A stretch of DNA of 64,000 bases from Raillietiella orientalis (taxonomy: Eukaryota): NCBI GenBank assembly GCA_036172245.1, contig JAYWIR010000001.1, forward strand, positions 9,920,001 through 9,984,000, in the 5' to 3' direction. A program made the position numbers and the translations under genes. Positions 10,201 through 23,800 of this stretch are shown here, one piece after another; within the stretch, counting starts at the first letter, position 1; every line of letters starts with the position of its first letter. The notes beneath the pieces are model-generated. The model made no database searches, was not told the DNA's origin, and saw nothing but the letters and a program-made list of their open reading frames with translations.

Positions 10201-13200
10201 CCTCTGTACTGCGAGGATGAGGCCCCCTCTTCCTGCTTGCCACTCGTTCAGCTTTGCCTTTATCCATTGCGGTCCTTCCCAAGTGTCACCTTGGATCGCT
10301 TCCCTCGGTTTGTGCGCAGTGCTCTCGCATATCTCTGTCGCAAGCCGCAGCTACGCGCGGTCCCAGCGACCGATCAAGGAAGCTGCGGAGGCATACCGGT
10401 TGCGCGTTCTCCCGCCAGGTGGATGCAATCCGCGCTTTCCTGTTCGCGGTCGCTTCGCGGCGCGCCCTTGAGTTGGGAGGAAGTGGAGCATGCGTGCGCC
10501 CCTTGGACTTGCGGAAGCGAGCAGCTGCTACCCTCTGTCGTCTGGCACGGACGTTACTGAGCTTCCGAGCCATCTCGTTAGAGGGCGGAGCGCTCACGCG
10601 CGCGCGTTGCAGGCAGGCAGGGAGGCCGGCCACCCGGGAAAAAGATCGATGAGTAGTCGGAGAGGACGGCGACGATGCGAGGCTGTATCCCGAAGCGACC
10701 GCCCGCGAAACCACAGACATTTTTAGGTGCGGGGAGGAGGGAGAGTTGGAGGAGGAAGGCACCCGTGGCCGGTGCGCGGGGCGAGATTGCCGCGTGAACC
10801 ACCGGGAGGCTCTAAGACCGGAGCCTGGAAGACGGGGGGATGGACACTGGGGGACAGTGCTCGCGAACTTTTCAGAGGTTTCCTGCGGGAAGCCAGCCGT
10901 TCCGCTGATGCCTGGAAACAGAGCCCGATCGATAGGCGGTCGATCCCTCGCTCACTTGAGGATCGCATCCTCCACCCGCCCGGGTTAGCTCGCGTCGATG
11001 CTCCCCTGGGTCTTCTCGCTCCCTCGCGGCGGATTTCCGAGCTGGGCGGCCGTTCCCGCCCCCCCCTTCCCGCAGAGCCGCGGGAACGCGACGGGATGTC
11101 GGAAACCACGCGGGCTGCCGTTGAGCGAATTCCTTGGCGGTGTGAGGCGGGCAAAACGCCGCGTGCTACCGAGGCCGCCACCTCACCCTTCGATTTGGGA
11201 AAGCCGACCCCTCTTTAGGGGACGATCCCCCCCTTTCTACAAAAAAAAAGTGACCCTTGCGGAGGAATCCGTCCGGTGGGGAAGGCATTAACGGATTACG
11301 CGCGAACGAGGTGCGCGTCACTTCCGTTAGGGAAACTCACCGAACGTGCAGGTAGGTTTCCGGGGTGAGCCACCACCAGCACCAGAATCGCATCCGCTTT
11401 TTTTTTTTGTTGTTGTTGTTTGTTTGTTTCCCGTTTTCGACGCGGGGCGTGCAAAAATCACCACCATCACGGAACGAGGCGCACGAGCGGGTAGGTTGGC
11501 GGCGGAAGAGCGGGCGCGAAGAGAGCGGTGCGGGCAGGGGGCCCGAGGATCGCTTTTGGTCGGAACGGAGCAGGGCTGCCCCGCTCTTCATTTCGTCCGC
11601 TTTTCTGCTCTCCTTCCCTCGCAGGAAGGTGATCGCCGTCGCCCGATTCGATCGCCACTGGCCCCACCGCCCCGCCGAGGAAGCGAGAGACGAAACCTCC
11701 GATGCGAGTTACGCGCGACACCACCGCCCCTGTTTGTGTGAGCTGCAAGTGCACCGCACGTGGGAGATTCGCGTAGCATCGCATGTGAATGAAACACAAG
11801 CGGCGGTGCTGCTCTGGTAGTAAAGAAAGTTCCCAGATGCTGAGGGGTGCTTTTCTTGAATCGGGTGCACGCCATCATTCAATATTCTACTCCAATAACC
11901 TAAAAAAGTGCTCCCCCCTCCTCTTAGCGTTCTCCAGCTTTCGACTCGCAGGGTGCACTGACGTACACACTGCGTCAGTGGACGAAGTGTGCGTTTGCAG
12001 GCGTCGCGGTTTCTTCCCCGCCGTTGCTGTGAAGTGCTGCCGCCTGGAGAGAGACGGCCAAAAAGGAGGGCGAGGAGAGGAGGAGGGGGGGGGGGAAGAC
12101 GTCGCCGAAAAGCTTTCCCTCCTCTTCCCGTCTTCTGCGAAGGCCTTCCCGCTTCCGGCGTTTCGGTGAAATACGGGTCCGTCGGCATTCGGGCTTCCTC
12201 CCGCTCGCGCGGGTGCAATTGCCTGGACCGCTTCCTCCTCCGGGCCGCCGCGCCCCTCCCGTCGTGCTGAATGGAGGCTCTCCCCGGGCATTTTCGCTCT
12301 TTCGCTATCGTTCGCGTGGCAGGGATTTCGCCGAAAGCGACCGACCAGGTGCCGCGGACACGGATGGGCGGGTCATTTTCCCGCACCTGAGCTCGGACGC
12401 GCCCGCAGTGGCCCTGCTCCGGCTGCTGTCCGTTTCCATGAAGACCTTGCCACAGGTGTGGGAGCATCTAACCAACGCGGTGGCTGCTGGGAGTCCAAGG
12501 ACTCATCTGCGGCGGAGCAGGGAGGAGAGAAACCGGCCGCGTGCGCGTCCAGGACTTCTGCCGTCGAACCACGAAAAGGACGGCCCTGTCTAGGAAAAGA
12601 GGGAAGTTCCGGCAGCAGCCCGGATTCGGCTTGCGAGGGCAGTGGGCCCGCAAAGCAACGCGAATCAAAGTCGGCGACGTTCGCTCGCCCTGCCTACCGC
12701 GCAACCGGAGGACTGTAGGCCGGATCGCCTTCCTGCCAGAAGGGCACGGGGGCTATCCGGCCCTCCTTTTCCGAGTTTTCGTGGCGTGCGGAGCGAGATG
12801 CGTGTTCGGGACGAAGGGACTTACGCCCCCCTTGCGGAAGGACGCTGCTCGGAGCTCGCTGGTCGCGATCTCGGGGTTCTGAGAAGCGCCTGGTTTCCGA
12901 GAACGCCTCCGCCGGAAGGCGGGATGACTTCGCGACAAGTGGGAGGGGAGGGGGGGAGGGGAACGGTGCCGCAGAAGTGCAGCTCCTCCGCGCACGCGCC
13001 CGTCCCTGAGATCACACACGGCGTAGGCGCTGGAAAGGTCGGGGATGACGAATCCCTGGCAACCCGGCGTCTCGCGGAGGGCGTCTCTGCGTTACCACTC
13101 GCGGCGTGACAAAGCGTCAGAACGGGAAAGGCACCGACGCAGCAATCGCAGTCAAGGGCGCGAGAAAACGGGAAAACGGGTCTCCACGCACGGCCCGGAG

Positions 13201-16200
13201 TGGTTGCCGGGAGCGAGGACCCCACTCGGGGACGAGGCAGGGGAAAGACGAACAGGAAGCGCCTAGGACCCTCAAGAAGACGCACTAACGGCACCCTTTC
13301 GGCCGGAGAGCGACCCTCCTTGTGCGGCGGACCCCCGGTAGTTGCGCGCCGTCTCGGCGACCGCGGGCCTTTGCACCGCGTCGGGGCGGGGAAGGCCAGG
13401 AGAAGAGAGTGACTTTGGCCCGCTTTTTTTTCACCCCGCAGGGGATTCGAGAACGCACAGTGCGAGAGATGCGGCGGAAAACCGGCTGCGGCACGCACAC
13501 CCCTTGGTGTGCCCCCCTCGTTTCCTCGGCGACGGAAAACACACACAGGGGGGGGGGGAGGAAGGAGGAGGAGGAGGAGGAGGAGAAAAGCATCCAGAGT
13601 GAATGCTCAACACTCTTTCTGAAGCCAATGCCCCGCTGGAGAAACCAATAAGAGCGATAACTCGACCTCGACGGCTTCCGCAACCCCACGGCTCACCGTT
13701 TGCCGGATCGGTCACACGCTGGACGGCAACGTCTGCCGCTGCTGCTCCAGGCGACGACGGAACGAGTTCGTGTCGACCGCACGTCCTCCCCATGTGCAAG
13801 GAGAGGAAACCTGGCGAGGAAATGGGAGGCCACGCGAGCGTGTCTCCTGGTGGCGGTAGGCTCCGGAGAGTTGCCGCAGCTTCCTGCCGAGCCGCCACGG
13901 CTCCGGGGCAAACGGCGGCGGCGACCATCGTCTGTTATCCGCTGCTGAGCGTGAGGAGGCGCGCCGCTTGCCTGCCGACCATGAGGTCAGAGCCTACGGC
14001 AGCGGCCACTCCGCTTCCAAGGAGTATCTGCCTCCGTCCTTTCTCCCCGGGCGACTCGGGCAGGGGAGGGGGGGGGTCGCGGGAAGGACGAAGGCGGTGG
14101 GGTGGAGAGAAGGGGGGAGATGAGCGGATCAAGATGACACATTTCGGGAGGTGGCAACATGAACCAACAGACACCAGGACGGACGCAGAGAGAACGCAAG
14201 TGGGGTCAGCGCCGCTTGAGTATTTATCTTTTGTGTGTGTGTGTTCCCCCCCCCCCCCTCCCCTCTCCTTCTCCTCCCTGATGGCTTGATCGATGAACTT
14301 CCCATTGTTGCGCGCCGGAACTCGGAGGTATAAATGGAGAATTCGGGGAGGAGCAGCACTTTTCCGTTTGGTGGGGGTGCGGCGGGTCTCCGAGTATCCT
14401 GCTTCCAGCTCCTTCCGTGGGGGCGTCATTGGACCAAGGGGATCAGACTGTCTCAGCTGCCTCAGTAGGGGCCTGCTCGGGGGGGCAGAGGGAGAGAGAG
14501 AGAGTGTGTAGGTGTAGCGAGGGGAGGGGAAAATTCCAGAGTTTCTCCTCTTCCGTGTGCCCCCCTGTGCTAGGAAAGGTGGATGCTCGCCCATGGACCC
14601 GCGCCGTTCATTGTATCCGTGTTCGGCCCTCGCAGTCGGGAGCCCCGGGAAGGAGAGCCCTCCTGCCTGCTCCTTGCCGGAACCTCTGCTCACGCCTTTT
14701 CCCCACTCAGCCCACACTCCGTCCATCTGCAAAGTGCTTTTTCGGGCCGCGTTCCGATGAGATGCACGTGCGTCGCCATGGCAACCTCGTGCATGCCCCT
14801 GCCCTGCGCCTCCCGGCGTCTTTACAGCGCCGTGGAGTAAAGAGCGCGAGCAGGTGAGGCAGCCAAAACTCTCAAAGACGTGAACCGCGTATTTGCCTCG
14901 CAGCGGCTCCACCTTCCCCGATGACCGCTTAGGGGCTCCCGAGATGGTAATCAGACGGTAAAAAAAAGAAAAGAAAAGTAATAACAAAAAGAGCGAAATT
15001 ATGGAGGATGAGGAAGAGGAGGAGGGAATGCTCGAAGATCCTATGCGCGCGCGCGCACTCGCGTTTCCGGGGAGACGGGCCGTCTCCCCGGCAACCCGAA
15101 CAGAGAATAATCTGTCGAACATCTTCGCCGCCGCCGCCGGGTTCGCATTCGCCCGGCACCTGTTTTCAATTCCCGGACCGGATAGAAAGGCCGCGGCGGT
15201 CCTGCAGCGTCGACGTCCGAAGATGGATGAACGCAGTGCCCAGGGCCACCCGTGGGAGTCCAGGGCCACCTCCCGCCCCTCCCTCGCGCTCCGGGAGAGG
15301 ATCCGCGGACCCAGACTCTGCGTCCCTTTCCTGTAGCGTTTTCCGCGGCGACGGCCCACGTGTCGACGCGGGGGGAAACCCTGTAGAGGAGGCGCCGGCA
15401 GCTCTGGCTCGATCTTGCGGAGGACGAGGCGGCAGGGTAGACGTCATCTCGGGCTGGCCGTTACTCGGAGGCTGCGCAGCATCTGTGCGCCTGCAGCGAA
15501 AGGCCATCTGGGTCGTCAGGGGTGGCGGTAGGACGGCGTCTCCGGATCGTGCTCCCGAGAGCCACACGCGGCGCCTTCGCCGCGTGATCCCACCTCCTTC
15601 TCTCTCGGAAGGCGCGCGGGCAGCTGTCAGGAGAGCGTTGGTCCGGAAAGAAGCGGCGCGCGCCATATCACGCTCGGAAGGTAGCCCCCGAAAGCCCGCC
15701 GGAAAGGAAGAATGGAGACTCCTCCCGCGGTGGAGACCCGCTCGCCTCTTGGAGCGGCGCCCATTCCGCTGCCTTCGTGGTGGGCGGACGCTTTCCCCTG
15801 CGAATGCGGACCAGTTGCGCCCTTGCGCCTTGTCCGGCGTAGCCCAATGCGGTGAGATGAGGGGCGCGAGGAGCCAGGAGCTCCCTCACGCGCGCGCGTT
15901 CGTCCCCTTCGGTCCACGGAGGACGCTACTCTGTCCGTCGGGAATGGCGAACGCCACAGGGGAGGCCTGTAGTTCCCAGCACAAGAGGCGCACGATGCAT
16001 TCCATGGGCAAGCAGGGGGAAGACAATTGCGGGAGCCCCAGCCCTTGTGAGAGGGATGGAGTCTTCCTTCTTTGAATCCCAACGTCGAACGAACGAGCGA
16101 TCCTATTGGCGCATTCGGAGAATCCGCCAAAGCATCGTTTTCACTCGACGGCTAGCGGCTGCGGGGCAGAGAAGGGGGGGGGGGGCGAAGGGCCCCCCTT

Positions 16201-17838
16201 CTTCCCCCTTTTGCATTCCCTCCTCCACGAGGAGGGGGGGAAAAAGGGGGGGGAGGGAAGGGGTACGCTGCTTTTACGGCGGCGGAATTCGTGCGTGGCC
16301 ACCGCCCGACGCGGCGGCTTGGGTGTCGTCATGACGACCTCCCCCCAAACAAACCAACAAACGGCCGAACGAGTGCGGCTGGCGAGCCGAGCAACGCGAG
16401 CGCCGCGGCAGGGGTGAAAAGTCCGGTGCGGCGCCGCGTACCGCGCCGTCCTCGCCGGATTACCGCCCTGCGGCAACTGCACGCCCACCCCATTCACGGG
16501 ATTCCCGCGGAAGCAGGGAGGCGGAGGAGGATATCTCACCCTTAGCGTGAGAAATACGCTGCCGGTTACGTTATCCTGACGTGAATGGCTGTTTGCGTCA
16601 TCCGAGAGAGCAGCTGATGCGAACGCAAAAGAAGCGCGCCCGCCTCACGGCTCCAGAGCTCACCTCGGGATGCGTCTCCGAACCGCGCATGCACCGTGCC
16701 CTTTCCGATACGGGACGGAGTCCGCCGGGCTCTCCCGGCACCGGAAGGGAGGATGCCAGCACGTCCTCCCATACGGGAGGGAAGGTGCCGGTGGGGCAGG
16801 GCGGAGCGACTTCGAGGGGCACGCGTGACCTCTCGGTCGCCGCACGGCAGTGGGAACGGCGCTCTTCGTCTAAGGCGCGGAAGGGATCTCGTCCTCGTTC
16901 CCTGATTCCCGCTGCCCTTTCCCTCCTCCTTTCACCCTCGTCCGTCCCTGCACCGCCGCCTCTGCGCACGCACACCCGGGTGGCCGCAAGCATCCGCTTC
17001 CCGCGCGACCGGAAGTGCAGCGGCGCCGCTGCATGCGACGACGGAAATCTGCCAAACTCCTTCTTCCGGTGGAGGCTCCGAAGTCCGGGTTGCGGGGGTG
17101 GGGTGGCGGAGGAAAAGGGGTAGACTCTCCATCCCACACACTCATCCGCCTCCCCGCCCTGACTGTTAGGCAGGGCGCACGCGACTTCGGTCCGCGCTCG
17201 GCGGCAGCAGCATGGAATGCAGCCGCCGTGGGGCTGCCGCGGTCGCTCCCCTCCCCCGGGGGCCGGGCGTTTCGCTGCGAGGAGTTTCGCGCCCTTCCCG
17301 ACCAGGAACTGCCGTCGACTTCCGGCCTGCGGGGGATGGGAAGGGGAGTCGCTGGCTTCTGGCCTCCCCACCGGAAGACAAGCGAGCAACCGTGCCGCCT
17401 GTCTTCCGTGGTCTCTGGCTGTTTCCTCGGGTTTTTTTCTCCTCCCATCTGCTGCTACCGCTGCAGCTAGGAACGCGAGGCCGGTCGCGGGCAAAGCCGG
17501 AAGCAGGGAGGGCGGCGCGGAAGCTCCTCCTCCCTTGAGACGGAAAAAAGAAAAGAAAGGAAGGAAGGAAGGGAGAGAGAGAAAAGCGAGAAAGACCAGA
17601 ACGGGCAGCGGCAACGCGCGCTCTTCGGCGGCAGCAGCAGCAGCAGTCTGCGCGCCCCCGATTGCGTAAGCGGCAGCTCGCGGTCCTTCGGGAGGTTCTC
17701 GGGCTTGCCGCCGAGCAGCGCTGCGGGCCTCACGTTGTGCGATGTTCTAGTAATCGTACGATGCGTAGCGAGGCATCCTATTGGCTCGTTGTTTATACTA
17801 AGCCGTGCGCTTTTAATATCGAGTCTTCATCCGTGAAC

Positions 17839-20800
17839 ATGAAGACGCAAAGGTGTATACGGTGCCTCTCCTGTAGTAGTGTTTGTTAAGGTGTATACGG
17901 TGTCTCTCGTGTAGTAGTGTTTGTTAATGTTCCTAATGCAGAGTAGCTGAAGTGATGAGTGTCTTGAATGCGTGTGTCAGTGTTTTACTTTTTATATCCA
18001 AAGTATGGGACTACGTAACGTTTCCTCTGTATGCACTGTTCAAATGGCCCAGGTACATCGAGGAATATCCAGACAGAGAGGTACACTTTTTCGTACACAT
18101 CTATTTCCGTCGGGAAATGCATGTCTCCGCGTTTCCCTTCCGTGTGTACGTGTTCCCCCCCTTCCCTTTTCCTCCTCTTCCGACCCCCGTCTGGCAAGGA
18201 AAAAGGGTTATGTTGGGAACGTTTGGCGTATACATTCGGATGTGCAGATTTAGGAAATGGGCAGCAGCGACCACGGCTGCACCTGGGTGCAGATGCAAGG
18301 AGTTTTCGAAGCTTCTGTTTTTTTGTTTTCTTTCTTTCTCTCTCTCTTTTTTCGTTTTTCTGATTTATTGTAACGCCTCCCGTTGTCCACTTGGGAGTTG
18401 CGGAGCACCCGCCAAAGGGTTTGGAGGAACTCCCTGCAGTTGCGAACCCTCGACCAAGAGGAAGGGATGTTGCTGGCACTTCCCGGGGGGGGACAGAATC
18501 AAACCAGGGCGGGGCGGGGGGTTTCCCCCCGTTTCGCTGCCGTATCCGGTGGCAACGGCCCGGGAAGCGTGCGAGCATCTCCCCGGGGACGCGACTTGAC
18601 GGGGGTCCCGCGTCGGGCCTACGAGGGGTGCCGGCGCCGGGCAGTGCCCCTGGGGCTGTCGTGCCTTAAGGAGGCACCGGGAAACGTGTCAGTCGGACGG
18701 TGTGGAATGTGCTGGTGGAAATGCTGGCTGGATGTTGCATCAGAAACGCGCAGGGCATGAGGCGTACCTGCGCGGCGGCGGAGGCGGTTACCTGCTGCAT
18801 TTCCCTCTTCACGGAGGTCTCTTTCTTTCCTGGAAACGCGTGAGGGAACGGTGAGGAAGAGAAGAAGAAAGACCGAAAAAAATCCATAGAATCAAAGGGG
18901 GCACCAGGCAGGGGGAGGGGGAGGTTTTCGTTTTTTTCCTCTGTGCGAAACGCGCTGTCTTACTGCTCCTCCTTTATTTTTTTTTCCACATCCTTTTTTT
19001 TTCCACATCCTTTTTTTTCCACATCCTTTTTTTTTTCCACATCCTTTTTTTTTCCACATCCTTTTTTTTCCACATCCTTTTTTTTTTCCACATCCTTTTT
19101 TTTTTCCACATCCTTTTTTTTTTTTCCAAGAGTCGCTTCCCCCCCCCTCCTCCCACTCCGTGGGATGCGCAAACCCCCCCCAAAAAACACACACAAAAAA
19201 AAGCTCCCTGGACATTTCTGAAAGGTTTTCTGATTTTCCGAAATTGGGATCGATCGCGCTGATTAGCAAAACAAAAGACTCTCCAGGCACGTGTGTGATG
19301 GGAAGCTGCGGTGTACCCCGGCTTTGCGCATTCCATGGTAAGAAGGGTTTTTTTTTTTTTTCCGTCTTCTTCCGTAGGCTGCTGCACTTCGGGCTGTTGG
19401 CGTGCAGCGGAGCCTAATTTGTTTGGTGCGGTGTGCGGAGGGTTGGTCATAACAGCCGGAACATTCCTTCAAGCGTGCCCAGGCATGCCACGTGCTTCGG
19501 AGGCGATCGTCTCCTCCCCGAAACTGCCGTGGCTTTAGCCTGTGTGCTCTCACGGGATGACATGGCGAAGTGCGAACGGATCGGTGACCGTGGCGATGGA
19601 AGGAAGCTGCCGAGACGTTCCTTGCTCTCCCCCCCCCCTTTTCCTCCCCGTTTCCTTCCGCTTTCTGCACTGGGGGGTAGTGTTCTTCAAACACGGTGAA
19701 ATTGGAAACCGTAGCTCAGGGCGGATTTTGCACTCTGCAACCTCAGGTACGAGAGAGATTCCAGTTCCCCCCTCCGACCCGAGGATTTAAAAAAAATGCA
19801 GAAATGCGCGCGCTCGCTCTCTATTCGACGAGGTTTCCGAAAGCAGCGGCGATCCTGCGTACCCTTTAGGCGAAAGTGGGCCCTATCTGCCCCACAGAGG
19901 AAGAGGAGGTCCCGTGTGAATAAAACAGGACCCTGGTAATTGGAAGCACTCAAAGCTAGCCCCGTGATGGATGGAACAGATGGGGAGACAGGGATCGTGG
20001 AAGGTGGTGATGGGTCCGTCCAGGAGGAATTCCCCTCGGTCAAGAGAGAATTCCTTCGGCGTTTCCATAGGTTTCTTGCTTGCGGAGGCGTTTCCGGCTA
20101 CTCCGGGGCATCCCGAACCTTTGGTGGAAAAAATTTCGTTTTGGATGGCTCGTCTCCCCAGGGCCAGATATACCGACAACCCTGCATCATCTGCGTTGCA
20201 TGTGTGTGGTTCGTTTCGATTGTGTTCGCGATTCAGAGGTCAAAGTTCACGAGAGTTTTTCCCCGGCGCACCTGTGTTCGAGCACATCCGATGTGTGTTT
20301 TTTCTTCTCGTGGCAAGTGGACTCACCTACTCGTTTCGGCTTGCATTTTGTGAGGGTCGAGAGGGTTAGGGATTCTCTTGGGTTGAAAAATTGCGAAATC
20401 TTCCCATCCATTTGAAAGACTTGCGTTCGTCAAAAAAAAAGGAGTCGCCATCCGTGCTGCAAATCACTTTTTGGAATGTTGGTTACGGTTTTCGGCCACC
20501 TGTGCGATCGCAAAGCTGCACTTGTGATTTCCATGGTCTCCGCGAAGGAAGGGTTCGTGAGGCCCAGCGGAGCTGTTGATTCGCAGCATCCGGGCACGGC
20601 GTGCAGACGTGGAAGGTTCGAGTCGCTCGCCCTGCCGGATTCTTCTTGACCCATGGCCGTTCCTGGAGCGTTTCGTCGCGCACTTTGTGCTTGGGACGCT
20701 TGGCAGCAGCTTCCGCTTCGACCGAAGTCGTGTAACATCCGGTTCGATCAGTTTTTTTTTTTTTTGTCGTTTCCCCTCACGGGAATTCTGGAACGAGCAG

Positions 20801-23800
20801 GTTCGGAGAAAGATCCAACTTCCTTGTTTCGTTGGAAGGGAACCTCGTGAACCGGGTTCCTGATCCAAGGGCTGCTTACCTCGGAAATGTTTCGGGACGA
20901 AGACTGTGCTCTCCGTAAAGAAGATCCCATGCATCTGCCGAGTGGTGCAGCAGCTGCCTGGAGAACGAGGATGGGATCCGCGGTTCCCCACCAGCGCTGC
21001 AACGGCAGAAGTGCTTCTGAAAACTCCACCCAGCCGATGTTTCCCCTCCGAAAGGGTTTTCTCGAAATACGAAATCATGTGGTACCATAGCGCAGTGCAT
21101 GTTCTTCCGCGCGGGATGCCGCTGCTGCGTGAGAGGACTTTGCGTGCGTTGCGACTCGGGACCCCAGCAGTCAGTTTCCAATTCCATCTCTTTTGTCTTC
21201 CCGACCGATCTTGGCAAACCTCATGGAAAGTGCAAATCGGAAATGCCCTCGCCCGTGTAAACATTCCAGCGCGTCTGCTCGCGTCAGCCGCGATGGTCGA
21301 GGGGACGAAAGATGACTCGAAATTCAGGTGCAGCAACTTGGCAACAAGAAAAGGAGGAAAGAGTTAAAAAAAAAAAAAAAAAAAAAATTGCTTCCGTGGT
21401 TGTTACGAACGATCTCGTCCAGTTATCAGGACGAATCTCCTTGCAGCCCTTTTCCCCACTTCGCGCCTTCCGCCATGTGTCCAGCGTGCTGGTTGTCGGC
21501 TTCACTCTTTACGCATGCTCCGATATGCTCCCCGGGAACACTAGTGCACGACGATTGCCACAGTTTCAGTAGCTGCTGAGAAGAACCACAGCCCCCCCGC
21601 ACGCTTTAGATTATCTTAGTTCACCAGGACTTCTACCCTCCATGGCCTTCCCCCCCCCTCTCTTTCTTGGCTAATGAGCACGAAGTCCACATGTGTGGGG
21701 AACGCGAAGGCAGAATGTCCTTCATGGATGATAATTTTCACGTTGTTAAATCGGATTTCATTTGGTTGCTGCCTGCAAGCACGACCTTCCGAATTCGGCG
21801 GGCAGGAGGAACTTGCGAAATCATCGGCGCACAAGCGGGTGCTCGGAACAGAGTCTGCTGCTCCGAAGAAGTCATCCGCGGATGACGGTTGCAACCAGGA
21901 TTTCTCCTCCCAACCCAACGCAACTGGGTGTTGCCTCCTTTGTGATGAGCATCTTTGCGGTTTCCGACCTCTCTCCGTGATAATCACGAAAAACGCGATG
22001 ACTTATTTTCGGCAACGTCTTCCGCCTTCCCACAATTTACCGGAATTCGAGCATTCGTCGGTGCGATAACAACACATTCGCCGTCGCTCACTTTTCAGTT
22101 TGTATGCGTTGGCCCTGTAGTGCTGCGCTGCCGGCGCCAAGTCCTGAGTGACACCTAAAACCTGCGACCTACCCATCTCTGCCCCTGCCCACTCTCGTTC
22201 GGTTTCCAATGACCCCGTCATTGTGATGAATGTGACGGAGGGGCAACTGTTCCGAGCGTTTTTTAGAAAATTTGCAATGAAGAATGGAACTGCCAAGGAC
22301 AGCCGGTATCGTGTCCTTTTCTCAGATTCAGTCGTACATCCTTTCGTTCGAAAATTCCAGAATCCTGCTTCATTTCATCCAGTCTCACTCATTTTTTGTT
22401 GAAAGTTTACCTAAATCCATTGACACCTGCCAGATTTTGGCAGGATGATATTTGTCATTAACTGCAGCCTCGAAGTGCGGACTCAAAAATAGGGATGCGA
22501 TTTTTTCATCCCCCCTCCCCTACTTTCGAGTGCCCACTCCTTCAGAAATGTATTGGATGTGTGGCGAAAAAATCACTTCTATCAAGTAGCTCTTTGTGCC
22601 ACAAGGGCTTGCGCTGCAATACATTACTCTCTTACTTCTGTGTTATATTTACACCATATTTCGCCCTTCCTTATCGTTCTTCTGTCACTTCCATTAATGT
22701 TTCTGATCATTGGGAGGAGTCCCTGGAAAAATGTAAATTTGGCTAAGAGGCCATGGTAAGCTTGCATCTGATAAGGAAATTAGATTGTGGAAATTAGGTT
22801 GCATTTTTACATTCCCGTTTCCGTGCAGACATAGCTTTGCGCCAGTATTGCCCAGAGAAAAGCATTTTTCTGAAGTCACCTTCAGTAGTCTCTGTTCATT
22901 GATGCAATTTCTGTTTCCCAGGTGTCTGTGGTTTCCCAGGATGAAGAACAGATAACATTGAGGACAGCAGAGGCAAAAACACCTTATATACCAGAAAAAT
23001 GCAAAACAATATCAGAGGTAATCGAGCATCCCAGTTTTTGCTTCTGTTAACCAACTTTCTAACTAGCTAATAAGGTATGCATTGTCCACATCCCCATGGG
23101 ACCGACCTGTTCTGGGAACACGCAAAGCCATACAAGAGGAAGAGCAGCTGCTGCCCAATGGAAAAATTCATACCAAAGTAATGGAAAACACTGATTTGCG
23201 TCTTAACTAGCCAAGATATCTGCAGTATCTTATGGATGAGCAATACCAATGGATGAAAACCAAAGATTGTCAGAGGCATATAGAGTACTTAGGGAAGGGC
23301 TTGGCTGAACTGGGTTTGCAGCAGAACGATAATTTTGCCATCTTTGCCGAAACTCGTGCAGAATGGCTGCTCACATGTTTGACAGGCTTCATTAGAAACT
23401 ATCGAGGTTTGTTTTGCTGTGATTCTGAAAAACAACTGTAATGTGCCATGCAGTTGTCACTTTGTATGCCACCTTGGGAGAAGATGGTATTGCACACGTG
23501 CTGAAGCAAACTGGTGTCAAGATGGTTGTGACCACCTGTGATGCGATGCCGAAATTGCTGCGTGTTGTGGATGATTTGTCTGATCTCAGCTGCATTATTT
23601 GTATGGAGAATGCGATGGGGTGCATCGAAGATCCATTCATAAATGTGGAAAGAGTTCGTGTCATATCCTACTTATCTGTCCTGGAACTCGGACGCAAAAC
23701 TGATGACCATCCTTACACAGCAGTGGAGCCAGATGACATAGCCATGATCATGTACACCAGTGGCACAACAGGTGTTCCCAAAGGAGTGCAACTAACACAG

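Noticed and set aside
8627-17669. Long ORFs such as 8627-9961 (444 aa), 13935-15359 (474 aa), 15008-16075 and 16598-17614
   Set aside because: They are Arg/Pro/Gly/Ser-rich, overlap in several frames, cross homopolymer runs and contain no recognisable motif. This is expected from stop-codon scarcity in GC-rich DNA.
18892-19450. KKKGCG/KKKDVE/FFST repeat ORFs, and a CRISPR-like reading of this repeat
   Set aside because: They are translations of an intronic minisatellite. The spacers are only poly-T, there are no cas genes, and the context is eukaryotic.
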